DNA of 63,458 nucleotides, counting the filler, from Klebsormidium nitens (taxonomy: Eukaryota; Plantae; Klebsormidiophyceae), in NCBI GenBank assembly GCA_000708835.1. It is 8 parts of 8 records of this genome, joined end to end, with 100 filler letters (N's around TTAATTAATTAA, not from the genome) between each part and the next. Parts side by side here need not be neighbours in the genome. Positions count along the whole stretch, not along the records: positions 51,440 to 61,283 come from DF238183.1; positions 61,384 to 63,458 come from DF238747.1; 6 more parts are not named here. The stretch is one strand, 5' to 3'. The notes under the pieces were generated by a model, which was not told where the DNA came from, ran no database searches, and saw nothing but the letters and a program-made list of their open reading frames with translations. Each line of letters opens with the position of its first letter. The first letter of the stretch is position 1. This document shows positions 52,085-61,611 of the stretch, in pieces. The position numbers and the translations under genes were made by a program.

Positions 52085-53746
52085 GTTTGGATACAATATA
52101 CCAACAAAATAATCTCGGACGTCGATCCATGTCGCTTTGAGTGACACTATTCGCACTGCATACCGGACCATGTAGGAGAGCTTCGGAAAAACACCCGGTC
52201 CCTTCTCGGCCCACCATGATCTCCCATCTCTTAGATCGTACTCGAGGAGTGTCGGTGATTCATGTAGACAAATTCGTAGTAGATATGACCCGAGATGTCT
52301 GTCAGGTACGGCAAGGTGGTCACGGACGGGGTCGATGGTACTCGCCGGCTGCGAGACCATTTCGTAGTAGCTTTCCCCCCCCCTTCAGAAAGGGCCGTTC
52401 TCGGACGCCGACCCAGTTCCCATCTCATCCATCTCTGAGATCAGAGCTCTGGCACTGCTGATGATTCATGAAGACAGATACGCAATGAAAAAACCGAGGT
52501 GTCTGCCTATGGGTGACACGAGGTGGCAAAGGGATCCGGTTGAGATTGCTGGTTGCGAGACGAAAACGTAGTAGAATTTTTGTCTTCATCGAGGAGACAA
52601 AACAACCGGCAACGATTTATAGCCCGGCCCATAAACACATGTACTTCATGTTCATCTTCTCAACATGAACACAACTCGCTTTCCTTTTATACATATTCAT
52701 CGCCCTTTTTCTCATAATCTCTCCTTAATATGACTTCTTATGATACATAACCAGATACTTAGTATACTTAACGCGCACGGAACTAAAATATTAATATTCT
52801 TGTACTATATGGTATGGCTATAGTATTGGGATGAGTAGTGCTATGGTGGTCATGAGTTACATGATCACTGTTATTCGGATCTTTGGAAGATGAATATGGC
52901 CGACATATTCTATGGGACCTATTAATATTCCGGTTTTTTCCGGGTGCTCCGGTTTCTACTAGGACCCTGACGATTCGTCGTCGGGAGGTTTGTCTTCATG
53001 ATCGAAAACCCCGAAAATGTACAACCGGCAAACCGGTCCTCTTCATAGAATCGAGAGTCTCTTCACGAACCCTCTACATGAGCACTTTTTGCGATCTCAA
53101 CCGGTTCGTCCGGCCGGAAGCTATGTAGACGATATTTTCTACTACGATTCGTACTAGGGCGGTATAAGGGGGGCGCTTGGTGTACATCCTCTCGGAGAGA
53201 GACGTTTTTCGAGACGCGCGTGAAGACGAAACCGGATTCCCGAGCAACCGGCAGCCCCTGAGATGATGATGAATCTCAACTAACCCGAAAATCTATCCGG
53301 TTGTCCGGTTGGTTGGAAAATTTCGTAGTATATTTCGTAGTAGACATGGTTTCATGAAGAGGAGGGTATGACCACAGTCCGAAAAATTTGCTGTACAGCC
53401 CATTTTTCCTACTACGACTTTCTTTGGATGAATACGAAGGGATACATTTGTTAGGTTCCTCTCGGTGAAAGACGCATCCGTAAACGATCATCGAGACGAA
53501 GTCTTTGAAAAGCCATGTACTGATCTCCCGGGACCATAGATGAACCTGAAGTGGCCCCGAATCCTTGCCGGCTGTTCGGATTCCGGGAACCTTTTGTAGC
53601 AGTTCTCGTAGTACGAAGAATTTCATGAAGACGAGACGGCCCGACCAGGGAACACCGGACACTGTGTACCGGATGGTTTGTTTGGTTGAAGCGCGGATCT
53701 ACCCGCGTCTATTCTTCCTGAATCCGTTTCGGAGCAATACAGGAAG

Positions 53747-54643
53747 ATGGACCTCGTCACGAGCATCCTTGCACATCCCCGTGTCGTCGCAACTGAGATA
53801 AGTGCAAACAGCCGCGGGGAGCTGGCGTCCGTGTTTATCAAGGCATTCGACGACAAAGGCAACTATTTTCCCATCGACTTCGACGACACATGGCGCTTTC
53901 TGGGCTACAGCACCAAAGCAAATGGGCTTCGGAAGCTCAAGGGTGGAGGGTTCAAGGAAGGCTTCGATTACTGTTGCATGAAAGGGGGGGTCATCCAGAC
54001 TGATGATGGGTCTTACGAGGGGTTCGCACCAGATAAGTATCATATGACCATCAACGCATTCGAGCTCCTTGCTATGGTAGCTATGACTGAGACTGGCAAT
54101 AAAGTTCGGCAGTTCTTTCGAGCGATGAGAGATGCTTACGTAGAGTTGACGCAGTTGCAGTTGACCAACAGAGAGCAAGGGAGTACCTCTGAAAAGCTGG
54201 AGAAGGAGAAGGAAATCACGAAGCAATTGGAGTGGCAATACAAGATCGAGGAAAAGAAGCTCGAAGCCAAGAAACTAGAATTGGAGCACGAATATCGCTT
54301 GGCACGTCTCAAGAAGAGTACTGTGCAAGAGATAGATCAAGCAGAGGAGCTGGCAAAGGGAGGAACGGCAGATTCTATTCACGAAGAGGTTTTTACCCAA
54401 AAGGGTGAAAACGATGTTGAAGGTGGTCAGGTGTGCGACGGAGAAAGAATCAGCCGCACTCGAGAAAGTCGACTAAACGATGATAACCAATCCAGGGTAC
54501 AAGGAACAAGCAATACGGAGTCCCGGAGGGTATCAGGTACAAGAAGTTGGACTGCGGGACGACTCTATTCTCTGCCTACGACATCATCTCCTTCTGCGGC
54601 CACTCCAACCCCCGTCGAAATTGGAGAACACACTTCACCATGA
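53747..54643 (+). CDS. MSV199-like (KilA-N/antirepressor-type) viral DNA-binding protein with coiled coil; 3' end probably frameshifted
   Basis: FPIDFDDTWRFLGYSTKANGLRKL...FKEGFDY...MTINAFELLAMVAMTETGNKVRQFF pattern, typical of NCLDV MSV199-family proteins, followed by EK-rich coil. Confidence 0.7.
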   Translation: MDLVTSILAHPRVVATEISANSRGELASVFIKAFDDKGNYFPIDFDDTWRFLGYSTKANGLRKLKGGGFKEGFDYCCMKGGVIQTDDGSYEGFAPDKYHMTINAFELLAMVAMTETGNKVRQFFRAMRDAYVELTQLQLTNREQGSTSEKLEKEKEITKQLEWQYKIEEKKLEAKKLELEHEYRLARLKKSTVQEIDQAEELAKGGTADSIHEEVFTQKGENDVEGGQVCDGERISRTRESRLNDDNQSRVQGTSNTESRRVSGTRSWTAGRLYSLPTTSSPSAATPTPVEIGEHTSP

Positions 54644-55206
54644 TCCATAACGAAACGACTACCCACCCATTCGACAATAGAGGTGGTCCTACACCCGCCG
54701 TAACATTCGCACAAACCCACGAATTATTTCGACACTTCAACAAACGAAACCCGATCACCGAGGAAGCGAGGGCACCGCATCCTGACTACGTGACGTCCGA
54801 GCAGCTTCAAACGATCGTAGCTGCGGTAGTATCTTCGCTCGCTGCTCGCATCGAAGAGCTTCCGAAAAGGCGGCCCGCCAGAATCGAGGGGCGGCCCTCC
54901 GAGAGAACCAGACTGGAACCCGTTCAGACCGTCGTCCGAAAGAGTGCCGACGGACTGTTCAGCATCTTCGACAAGCTCGCAGTGGACTTTCCTAACATGA
55001 AACGGGACAAGGTTCGAAGGGACTTCCATGCTGTTCATGCTGACTTAGGCAACACTATTCGAATAGATACGTGCCCCGTCGAGTCGGGGACCAGACCGAC
55101 ACCATGTTGCAACGCGGAAGATCTCGAGACGATTTGCGAAAAGATTCGGAGTAAGATGACGAAGACAAGCACTAGTGGTGCAGATACATCGTCTGACTCA
55201 ATATAG
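54480..55206 (+). pseudogene. Protein with two Bro-N-like domains; probable frameshift just after ATG54480
   Basis: GIRYKKLDCGTTLFSAYDIISFCGHSNPRRNW...GGPTPAVT and VRKSADGLFSIFDKL...RPTPCCNAEDLETI. The open frame lacks its own ATG; ATG54480 needs a 1-nt shift. Confidence 0.55.
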
Positions 55207-55262
55207 GGAAGTGAGCTGCCGTGAGACAGATACCTTCTGGAGGACCGGCTAGAGAGGGAATC

Positions 55263-55718
55263 ATGGCTGAACAAGACAAGCACGGGCATTGGTTTACACT
55301 GGAGGACGGGAGCCTGTCCTACGTAGTCTCAGGACAACCTCTACCTAAGAACCTGAAAGAGACAACGATGTTGCACATCCCATGCTGGCACTACGTGCCC
55401 GGATTGGATGGACAATACATCTTCGTCGGTGGATCATATGAGAATTGGAAGAAGAACTTTGCGTACATGGAAAAGGAGTCAACGACAGACGAGTTCATGA
55501 TTCGTTATGGTACACTGCAGGCAATCTTAACGTTTCTGCCCAGGCTAGAACATGTGTACGAGACGAAGGATTCGGATCCCGAATCTACACAAGCATGGAA
55601 AAACTTTATGGATGACTGTGCCATCCTGATATGCCTAGAGAGAAAGAACGGTGCGAGGATCATGGTCATGCCAGAAGACAGGAAATGCCTTGTCCTAGAG
55701 AGATTTTTCAGGTGGTAA
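55263..55718 (+). CDS. Hypothetical intronless protein (151 aa), virus-like block
   Basis: Clean ORF MAEQDKHGHWF... with protein-like composition; no recognised motif. Confidence 0.6.
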   Translation: MAEQDKHGHWFTLEDGSLSYVVSGQPLPKNLKETTMLHIPCWHYVPGLDGQYIFVGGSYENWKKNFAYMEKESTTDEFMIRYGTLQAILTFLPRLEHVYETKDSDPESTQAWKNFMDDCAILICLERKNGARIMVMPEDRKCLVLERFFRW

Positions 55719-55725
55719 TCGTCTT

Positions 55726-56055
55726 TCAGGTAGCGGCTGATTCAGACTGTTGAGACACCTTCCACTCCTTCTCGTAGAAATGTCTACAAGCATCCATCAG
55801 AGATCTATGTCCAGGGTCCTCCTTGACGTATTCACGCACTTCGGTCCACTCCTGCAACTTCTCGTATGCATCCATGAGATCTCGAATGGTGATTCCTGCA
55901 TCCGGACGAAGCGGCTCGCATGCTTCCACGACTGGAATCACAGCCATGAAAAATCGCTCGTTGGTCACGCTGTATATCAACACCTTGTCATCGTACGTCC
56001 CTATGATGACAAAGTCTCCGACTGCGTTTCCGAATGGATAACGGTATAGATGCAT
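55726..56055 (-). CDS. Hypothetical intronless protein (109 aa), virus-like block
   Basis: Clean ORF tightly packed between neighbours. Confidence 0.55.
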   Translation of the reverse strand: MHLYRYPFGNAVGDFVIIGTYDDKVLIYSVTNERFFMAVIPVVEACEPLRPDAGITIRDLMDAYEKLQEWTEVREYVKEDPGHRSLMDACRHFYEKEWKVSQQSESAAT

Positions 56056-56074
56056 CGCGGAATGGGATCGTACT

Positions 56075-57823
56075 CTACCAGACCGTCTGGACGCGCACCG
56101 TCTCCTTTCCTATATCGAACCTGGCCTTCACCCTACGGTACATGGGACCGTCCGGGCGATACAAGTACTCCCTATATGCCCTCGATATCAGCTTGGCCGC
56201 TCTCGGCACGAGTCTCTCCTCTCTCTTCTTCATGAATGCATCTATGAGGTCCGCCGGTTGCCGTCCGAGGACCAGCTCCTCGTCCCATCTCGGAAAGTCC
56301 CCCGGGAAAAGCACCCCCGCCTCCACCTGCTCTCTCGTCGTCTGCTTCATGACCCCGCCCTTGCGCGCGAGCGCGTTGAGCACCGACAGCTCCTGGCAGT
56401 GCTTCGCGTAGACCATCTTGACGGAGGCGTCCGACTTGGTGTCCAGCCGCTGGAACCTGTGGCAGAGCTGGTACAGCGTGATCGTGCTGTAGTTAGGGCT
56501 CACGAGTGCCGTTCGCGGAAAGCTCCCGTGCTTGTCGTCAAGGTCTATCCCGGTAGAGCAGACGGAGACGTTCCCAATCAACACGCGCCTGTAGTGCGTG
56601 GGAGCCTGGAATGCATCTATGATCTCCTTGCGCTTCCGCTTCGAGACTGTCCCGTCCAGTACCAGCGGATCCCACCAGGAGAGGGCCGCTTTCAGCTTCC
56701 GGATGCTGCTCCTGTAGTTCAAGCAGATCACCAGCTTGCGGTCCTCGTCGCTCATCAGCAGGTCTCGTGCGATCCTCAGGAAGGTGCTGACTTTGGCCTC
56801 CTCGATCTGCACCAACGCTCTCGTGAGGTCGCCGAAATTCGCATTCTCGTAGGACACCCTCCCCGTCCCTGCATCATATCTCACGGCTTCCTGCAGCGCC
56901 CGCACACCTTCCGTGAGGCCGTTCCTGTCGCTCTCGTTCTTCACGTCGTAGAACCCGTTGTACTTGTACAGGGTCGCATTCGAGCGCGTGGGGGGCATCG
57001 CGGACGCCAGGTGCCGCTTGAAGACGTCCTGGAAGAGGAGGTAGCAGAGCCGCCGCATGTTGTACTCGTTCAGGAACCACCAGCGATGTTTCATCCTCAG
57101 TATCTTCTCGGTCCCCTCCAGGTCTATCCTCTTGCAATGTTCGATGATGTCGGTGATCCCGGTGCACTCCATGGTGCGCGTCCCGATGTTGTAGCGGCAC
57201 AGCTCGTTCCCCTGCATGAGGTTGAGGGTGCGGAAGAGCGTGGCCACCTGTTCCTCCTTGTCCAAGGGGCTGCCGGACAACATGAGGACCCGCGACCGCC
57301 CCCCTTGCTCGGAAGGAATCCTACGATGGTCCGCACGAGAGCTTGGCACGCGGAGGTCTGCGCCGTGACGTTCTTGATGAACTGTATCTTCGTCTACCAA
57401 GAGGAGGGCGCCCTCTCGTACGAACTCGCGGAACTTGTCCGTGACCCTAAAGTCCGTCTTTGAAATCTCCCGCACCTCGTTGTTCTTCCTGATCTCTACC
57501 TTGTAATCTCTCCTGGAGAGGAGCCCGTGCGAAGGCTGTTTATTCCTGACGGAACGGATGCTGCAGAAGCTGATATTCTCTGTTATGGGCACCCCGTAAC
57601 GCACGCGCATATCGTTCCACTTTGGTTGTACGCTGACGGGAGCGACGAGGATCACATGTTGGAACCCCATGGTGAGGGCTATGTGCGAGCCGGTGTAAGT
57701 CTTGCCCAGCCCCATCTGCGAAAAGTCTAGCGCATAAGGGCTCCTCTCCAGCACCCTGATCAGTTTCTCCGCATGCACGACCTGGCTAGGAAAGAGCGTG
57801 ATCTTCTCTGTGGTCTCCGCCAT
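56075..57823 (-). CDS. Superfamily II (SNF2-like) helicase of large-DNA-virus type, with two compensating frameshifts around motif II
   Basis: LFPSQVVHA (Q motif), SQMGLGKTY (I), VILVAPVSVQPKW (Ia), MLSGSP (III), KLVICLNY (IV), STGIDLDD (V), QLCHRFQR (VI). ATG at 57823 is preceded by TATATAAG. Confidence 0.88.
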   Translation of the reverse strand: MAETTEKITLFPSQVVHAEKLIRVLERSPYALDFSQMGLGKTYTGSHIALTMGFQHVILVAPVSVQPKWNDMRVRYGVPITENISFCSIRSVRNKQPSHGLLSRRDYKVEIRKNNEVREISKTDFRVTDKFREFVREGALLLVDEDTVHQERHGADLRVPSSRADHRRIPSEQGGRSRVLMLSGSPLDKEEQVATLFRTLNLMQGNELCRYNIGTRTMECTGITDIIEHCKRIDLEGTEKILRMKHRWWFLNEYNMRRLCYLLFQDVFKRHLASAMPPTRSNATLYKYNGFYDVKNESDRNGLTEGVRALQEAVRYDAGTGRVSYENANFGDLTRALVQIEEAKVSTFLRIARDLLMSDEDRKLVICLNYRSSIRKLKAALSWWDPLVLDGTVSKRKRKEIIDAFQAPTHYRRVLIGNVSVCSTGIDLDDKHGSFPRTALVSPNYSTITLYQLCHRFQRLDTKSDASVKMVYAKHCQELSVLNALARKGGVMKQTTREQVEAGVLFPGDFPRWDEELVLGRQPADLIDAFMKKREERLVPRAAKLISRAYREYLYRPDGPMYRRVKARFDIGKETVRVQTVW

Positions 57824-58012
57824 GACGTCCTGCTCACCCGCAGAGAATGAAGGTTCCTTATATAGACGCAAGAGTCCCAGTAGGACGCTCGTATTGCTGG
57901 AATAGAAGCTGATAGGGCGTCCGAAACATTCTCGGACGGAAGTCCCACGCCTCGTTTTCGGGCCCAGTCGCCAAAGCTCAGCGTCCGAGAATATCTGGCG
58001 ATAAGGTACGAG

Positions 58013-58708
58013 ATGACTTACGAACCTCCAAGCCCTTCTCGGATCTACGGAGCGTTTGCGGACCCGCGCATCATGACGGTCTTGAGGAGAGTGAGTCAAA
58101 GGGGGGCGCGCGACGCGCTGATGAATGCGGCTCGTCACGAAGAAATCGCTCTCTGTGCCATCAGGACGGTGGCTTTCCTGAAGACCCATATCCAGTCCGA
58201 GGACAGCGCAGATGATGAGCCAGGCGGCGTATGCTACCGTCTGTCCCACCGCTTGATCGAGAAACTGAGGGGGAAGGATGCCGCGACCGTCTCAGCGGCC
58301 ATGATCCTCCTGGATACTTTGTTTTCCGAGGATCAGCAGAATGGTCATGAAGACGAGGCGGAGAGTTACGTATGCGCCCTGTCCACGTTCCTACACAAGA
58401 GCTTCGGGGCGAACATGAGCGCTGCAGCAGGGGATAGGGGCAGGACTTTGGAGGTCAGGAGCATCAGCAGATCCTTGCAGGATCCAGAGAGCAGCGATCC
58501 CTTCCCTACGGCCGACGAGCTAGCGCTTCATCTACGCCCGCTTTCGATACGGGAGTACGAGCGAACGTGTAGCCTCCCAGGCCCCAGCCCGAGAGACTAC
58601 TTGCAGCCCCAGGATTCGCAACACCGCAATCCTCCGGATGAAGCGGGAATAAATCTGAGGAAGCGAGCGGAACGCATGCGGCTCGAGAGACGGCAACGCA
58701 GATCGTGA
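58013..58708 (+). CDS. Hypothetical intronless protein (231 aa), divergent from the helicase
   Basis: Clean ORF starting at ATG; no recognised motif. Confidence 0.6.
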   Translation: MTYEPPSPSRIYGAFADPRIMTVLRRVSQRGARDALMNAARHEEIALCAIRTVAFLKTHIQSEDSADDEPGGVCYRLSHRLIEKLRGKDAATVSAAMILLDTLFSEDQQNGHEDEAESYVCALSTFLHKSFGANMSAAAGDRGRTLEVRSISRSLQDPESSDPFPTADELALHLRPLSIREYERTCSLPGPSPRDYLQPQDSQHRNPPDEAGINLRKRAERMRLERRQRRS

Positions 58709-58735
58709 ATAATCCCTCGGTTTGCTTTCGGCTCG

Positions 58736-59449
58736 TTGTACTCAGGGAGGCGTCCGAAAAGTCACTCGGACGACCGAGACCTACCACGTGGTGGGTGGGT
58801 GGTATTCGGACGCCAAGAATCAATAGACACTGCCATCTTCGTGGAATCGCTCGGGGTTCAAAGAGAAGCTGTCTGCTCCTGGTGGGATCATTTCTACCTT
58901 TGGCATTCCGACGCAAAGATGATGCTCTACGTCGGACCTCTGTTGGATCTGTGGCCGGTCAGACGCTACGCGTTTGCACACAAGGAATTCATATATGTGG
59001 ACGGGCTGCCCGACAGCAAGTACTTCACACCGAAACAAGCTGGGTGGAAGAAATCCAAGGACAAGGAAACCATGGTATCCAATATCAGAGACAACTTGCA
59101 GTCTGACGACGCACTCGTCTCAGATGAAGAGCTTCCCGACGACGTGCACGTCTTCAGGTTGCGCGGTGGGGGCAAGCTGACGTACTTCTTCAACCGATTG
59201 GACGTCGACATGGCTAACGACCCCCTTCTGAAGGACGTTCTGCCACGGGTGACTGCCGTCTACGTTCAGGGATATCTCCCCAAGTTGCCACATCTGCCTC
59301 GCCTGAAACGGTGTTACTGTACTGGACTCTGTTGCGATGTGGATGTTCCAAAGTCCGTCGTAACGCCCATAGTTCCAGAGGTAGTGGGCAGCGATGAACA
59401 TTTACACGAGACTCGCTGTGAGTACTGCGAGGAGGTCATCGAGTTGTAG
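58736..59449 (+). CDS. Hypothetical intronless protein (~237 aa), Cys-rich C-terminus
   Basis: Open frame ending CYCTGLCCD...HETRCEYCEE; start codon uncertain. Confidence 0.55.
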   Translation: MYSGRRPKSHSDDRDLPRGGWVVFGRQESIDTAIFVESLGVQREAVCSWWDHFYLWHSDAKMMLYVGPLLDLWPVRRYAFAHKEFIYVDGLPDSKYFTPKQAGWKKSKDKETMVSNIRDNLQSDDALVSDEELPDDVHVFRLRGGGKLTYFFNRLDVDMANDPLLKDVLPRVTAVYVQGYLPKLPHLPRLKRCYCTGLCCDVDVPKSVVTPIVPEVVGSDEHLHETRCEYCEEVIEL

Positions 59450-59891
59450 ACATTCCTTAACGTTTACGCATTTCGACGGAACCTCGGAGGGGTGCATGCT
59501 CATCCTCAACGAGAGGCGAATGATGAATGGATCGCATCCCAGCTTTCTTAGCTACGATTCGTAGCGCCGGTATGAAAGTGTCCACACATCCCCATTCCTT
59601 GACGCGAGTCCCGCAAAGTCGATCCGCTAGATCATGCATGCCGTGAGCGCATAGCGAAGGGAGTCCGGCATGGGCTCGAATACAGGCACGTGCACTTTGG
59701 AACGTTCGTTCCGATCGAATGCCTCCAATATGCTCCTCACCGAATGCAAGTATTCAGCACGGTGCGTCGCCGAAAGCTTATCTAAGACGCTCGCGATGCC
59801 TCTAGCATGTTTCTCGGGCGTGATCGCAGGTCTCGCCGACATATACTCTCTATGCGAAGAGACCCGAGAAAAATGCTCATGACCTATAATC

Positions 59892-61283
59892 TCAGACTGC
59901 GCTGTAAAAACTAGACTCTGCACCGTCGTCGCTCTCATTCTCAAACCCTTGCAATCGCCGCTGCAACTCTGCCTCTATCGCGATCAGAGTGGCATTCTTC
60001 TTCTCGACCCCGGCAGCTTCTATGCGGGCGAGCTCGATCCGATCCTGGAGGGCGGAGACCCTGCAGAGACGACTCTTAGAATCAGTCATGGTGAAGATGT
60101 CATGCTATGCAATTCCTCGGATCGCTCGATACATCCTGCTGATGCTTCGGCGAATGAGTAAGAAGTGGGTGGACTCACTCTGACGCCATCAGAGCCTCGG
60201 ATCTCCTCAAAGAGGCGGCTTTCTGCGTCTCCACCTCCAGCGTCACCGACAGCCCATCGTGGACCGTCCTGGCCTCGGCACAGACCGTCAGCAGCTCTCT
60301 CACTCGCGAGCTCGTGCCGTTTAACTTCAGGCGCAACCCCCCAGCGAATTCTCTCCGGGCACGTATCTCAAGCTCCAGTTCCTGCTGCTGCTGGTTCAAC
60401 GTATTGAGGGATATGCTCAGAGTTTCGTTCTCCTTCTCTACCGTAGCCAGCTGTCGCCTCAGAGCAAGGCCCCTCTGGCTGGCGAGGTCCAACTGCTGTT
60501 TGTTAGCCACGTTCTTCTGCTTCTCTCTCTCGAGCTGCGCCCGAGTCTCTGCAAAGTCGTCGCAGTTCTCATCCAGTTCGATCAAGCTGGTCCTGGCTGG
60601 TCTCCCCCGCTTTCCAGGAGATGAGATGCCAGCGAGCGTCTGGTCGACACGGACCAGCGACTTCCACTGCACGGAGGAATTCACGCTCTTGGCTGCACAT
60701 TTCATGCAGACCCCAGCTCTCGCCCCTGATGCTGCATGATCACCTTCACTATCGTTTGCAAGTCATAGATGGCAAAGAGTACTGACCTTGTCTTTCAGCT
60801 GCGACGTCTGCAAGTCCTGGAACTCTTCGCACCTCTCCTTGATCTTCGCCCAGCTCTGCCCGTAGGTCGCTATTGCGGCCTTCAGGGTCTCCACCTTCCC
60901 GGGCTGCTGCCAGAAGAATTCTGCAGGAAGGAGAAGCGAAGGTTTGCGGCCGGGATTTCAGAAGTCGAGCAGCGAGTGCTGGCGCAGCATTCCTGTAGCG
61001 GAGGCGACACTCACTCGCATTGATCAGCTCCTCCTTGCGACTGCTGGTTTCGTCCACGCCCTGCACCGCCAGAGCGATCATCTTCGTGCGACCCTTGGGA
61101 TGGAGGCGGAAGTCCTGCACGAGTCTCTCCTCCACCCCTCCTGGGAACATGGTGAGCAGAGTGTTCGACCGTATGCTGCTGTCCCCGGACGAAACCAGGC
61201 GGATGAGCTGGGCCACGGATACCCCGATCTGGAGCTCCCACCACGGGACCATGAACTCCAGATAGTCCTTCTTGGAGGCATTT
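59892..61283 (-). CDS. Myb/SANT (TRF-like) domain plus coiled-coil protein, intron-containing, 5' end cut by linker
   Basis: Splicing 61015/60920 and 60787/60666 yields FFWQQPGKVETLKAAIATYGQSWAKIKERCEEFQDLQTSQLKDK|WKSL (Myb with KDKW). A further GTGAGT intron near 60178 joins the 59892 coil exon in phase. Confidence 0.7.
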
Positions 61284-61383
61284 NNNNNNNNNNNNNNNNN
61301 NNNNNNNNNNNNNNNNNNNNNNNNNNNTTAATTAATTAANNNNNNNNNNNNNNNNNNNNNNNNNNNNNNNNNNNNNNNNNNNN
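61284..61383. other. Artificial contig linker
   Basis: TTAATTAATTAA at 61328-61339 within Ns. Confidence 0.97.
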
Positions 61384-61611
61384 TGCCGTTACAGACGTTG
61401 TTCGGACGCGGGGCCGTTGGGCTAGGTGTTGGTCGACCCGGGTGGGCGCTGTCTGCTATCGAGGGTTGGATGCCTGCGTTTGGCTGCTGCAGTTGCAACG
61501 GAACGTCCCAGGGTCTTGGAACGAGGAGCGAGAGGAGAGCTACACCTTTTGGAGAGGGAGAGCGAATCGGCTGCTTCCCGGCGTTGAGGCTCTCCGCCCC
61601 CAAACCTCCAG

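Larger units (their letters stand above)
52100..59900. mobile_element. Endogenous giant-virus (NCLDV)-like block
   Basis: Closely packed intronless ORFs on both strands, including MSV199-like, Bro-N-like and viral-type SF2 helicase genes, with indels. No capsid or polymerase hallmark seen; boundaries approximate. Confidence 0.65.

Noticed and set aside
56258-57463. 401-aa plus-strand ORF, and similar long antisense ORFs (30488-31288, 31462-32397, 33115-33888, 23079-23702)
   Set aside because: These are antisense shadows of GC-rich coding sequence on the opposite strand and carry no motifs of their own.
57824-58249. N-terminal 140 aa of the 724-aa helicase ORF
   Set aside because: It overlaps the opposite-strand ORF at 58013 and precedes a TATA-like box and ATG57823; the real start is probably 57823.
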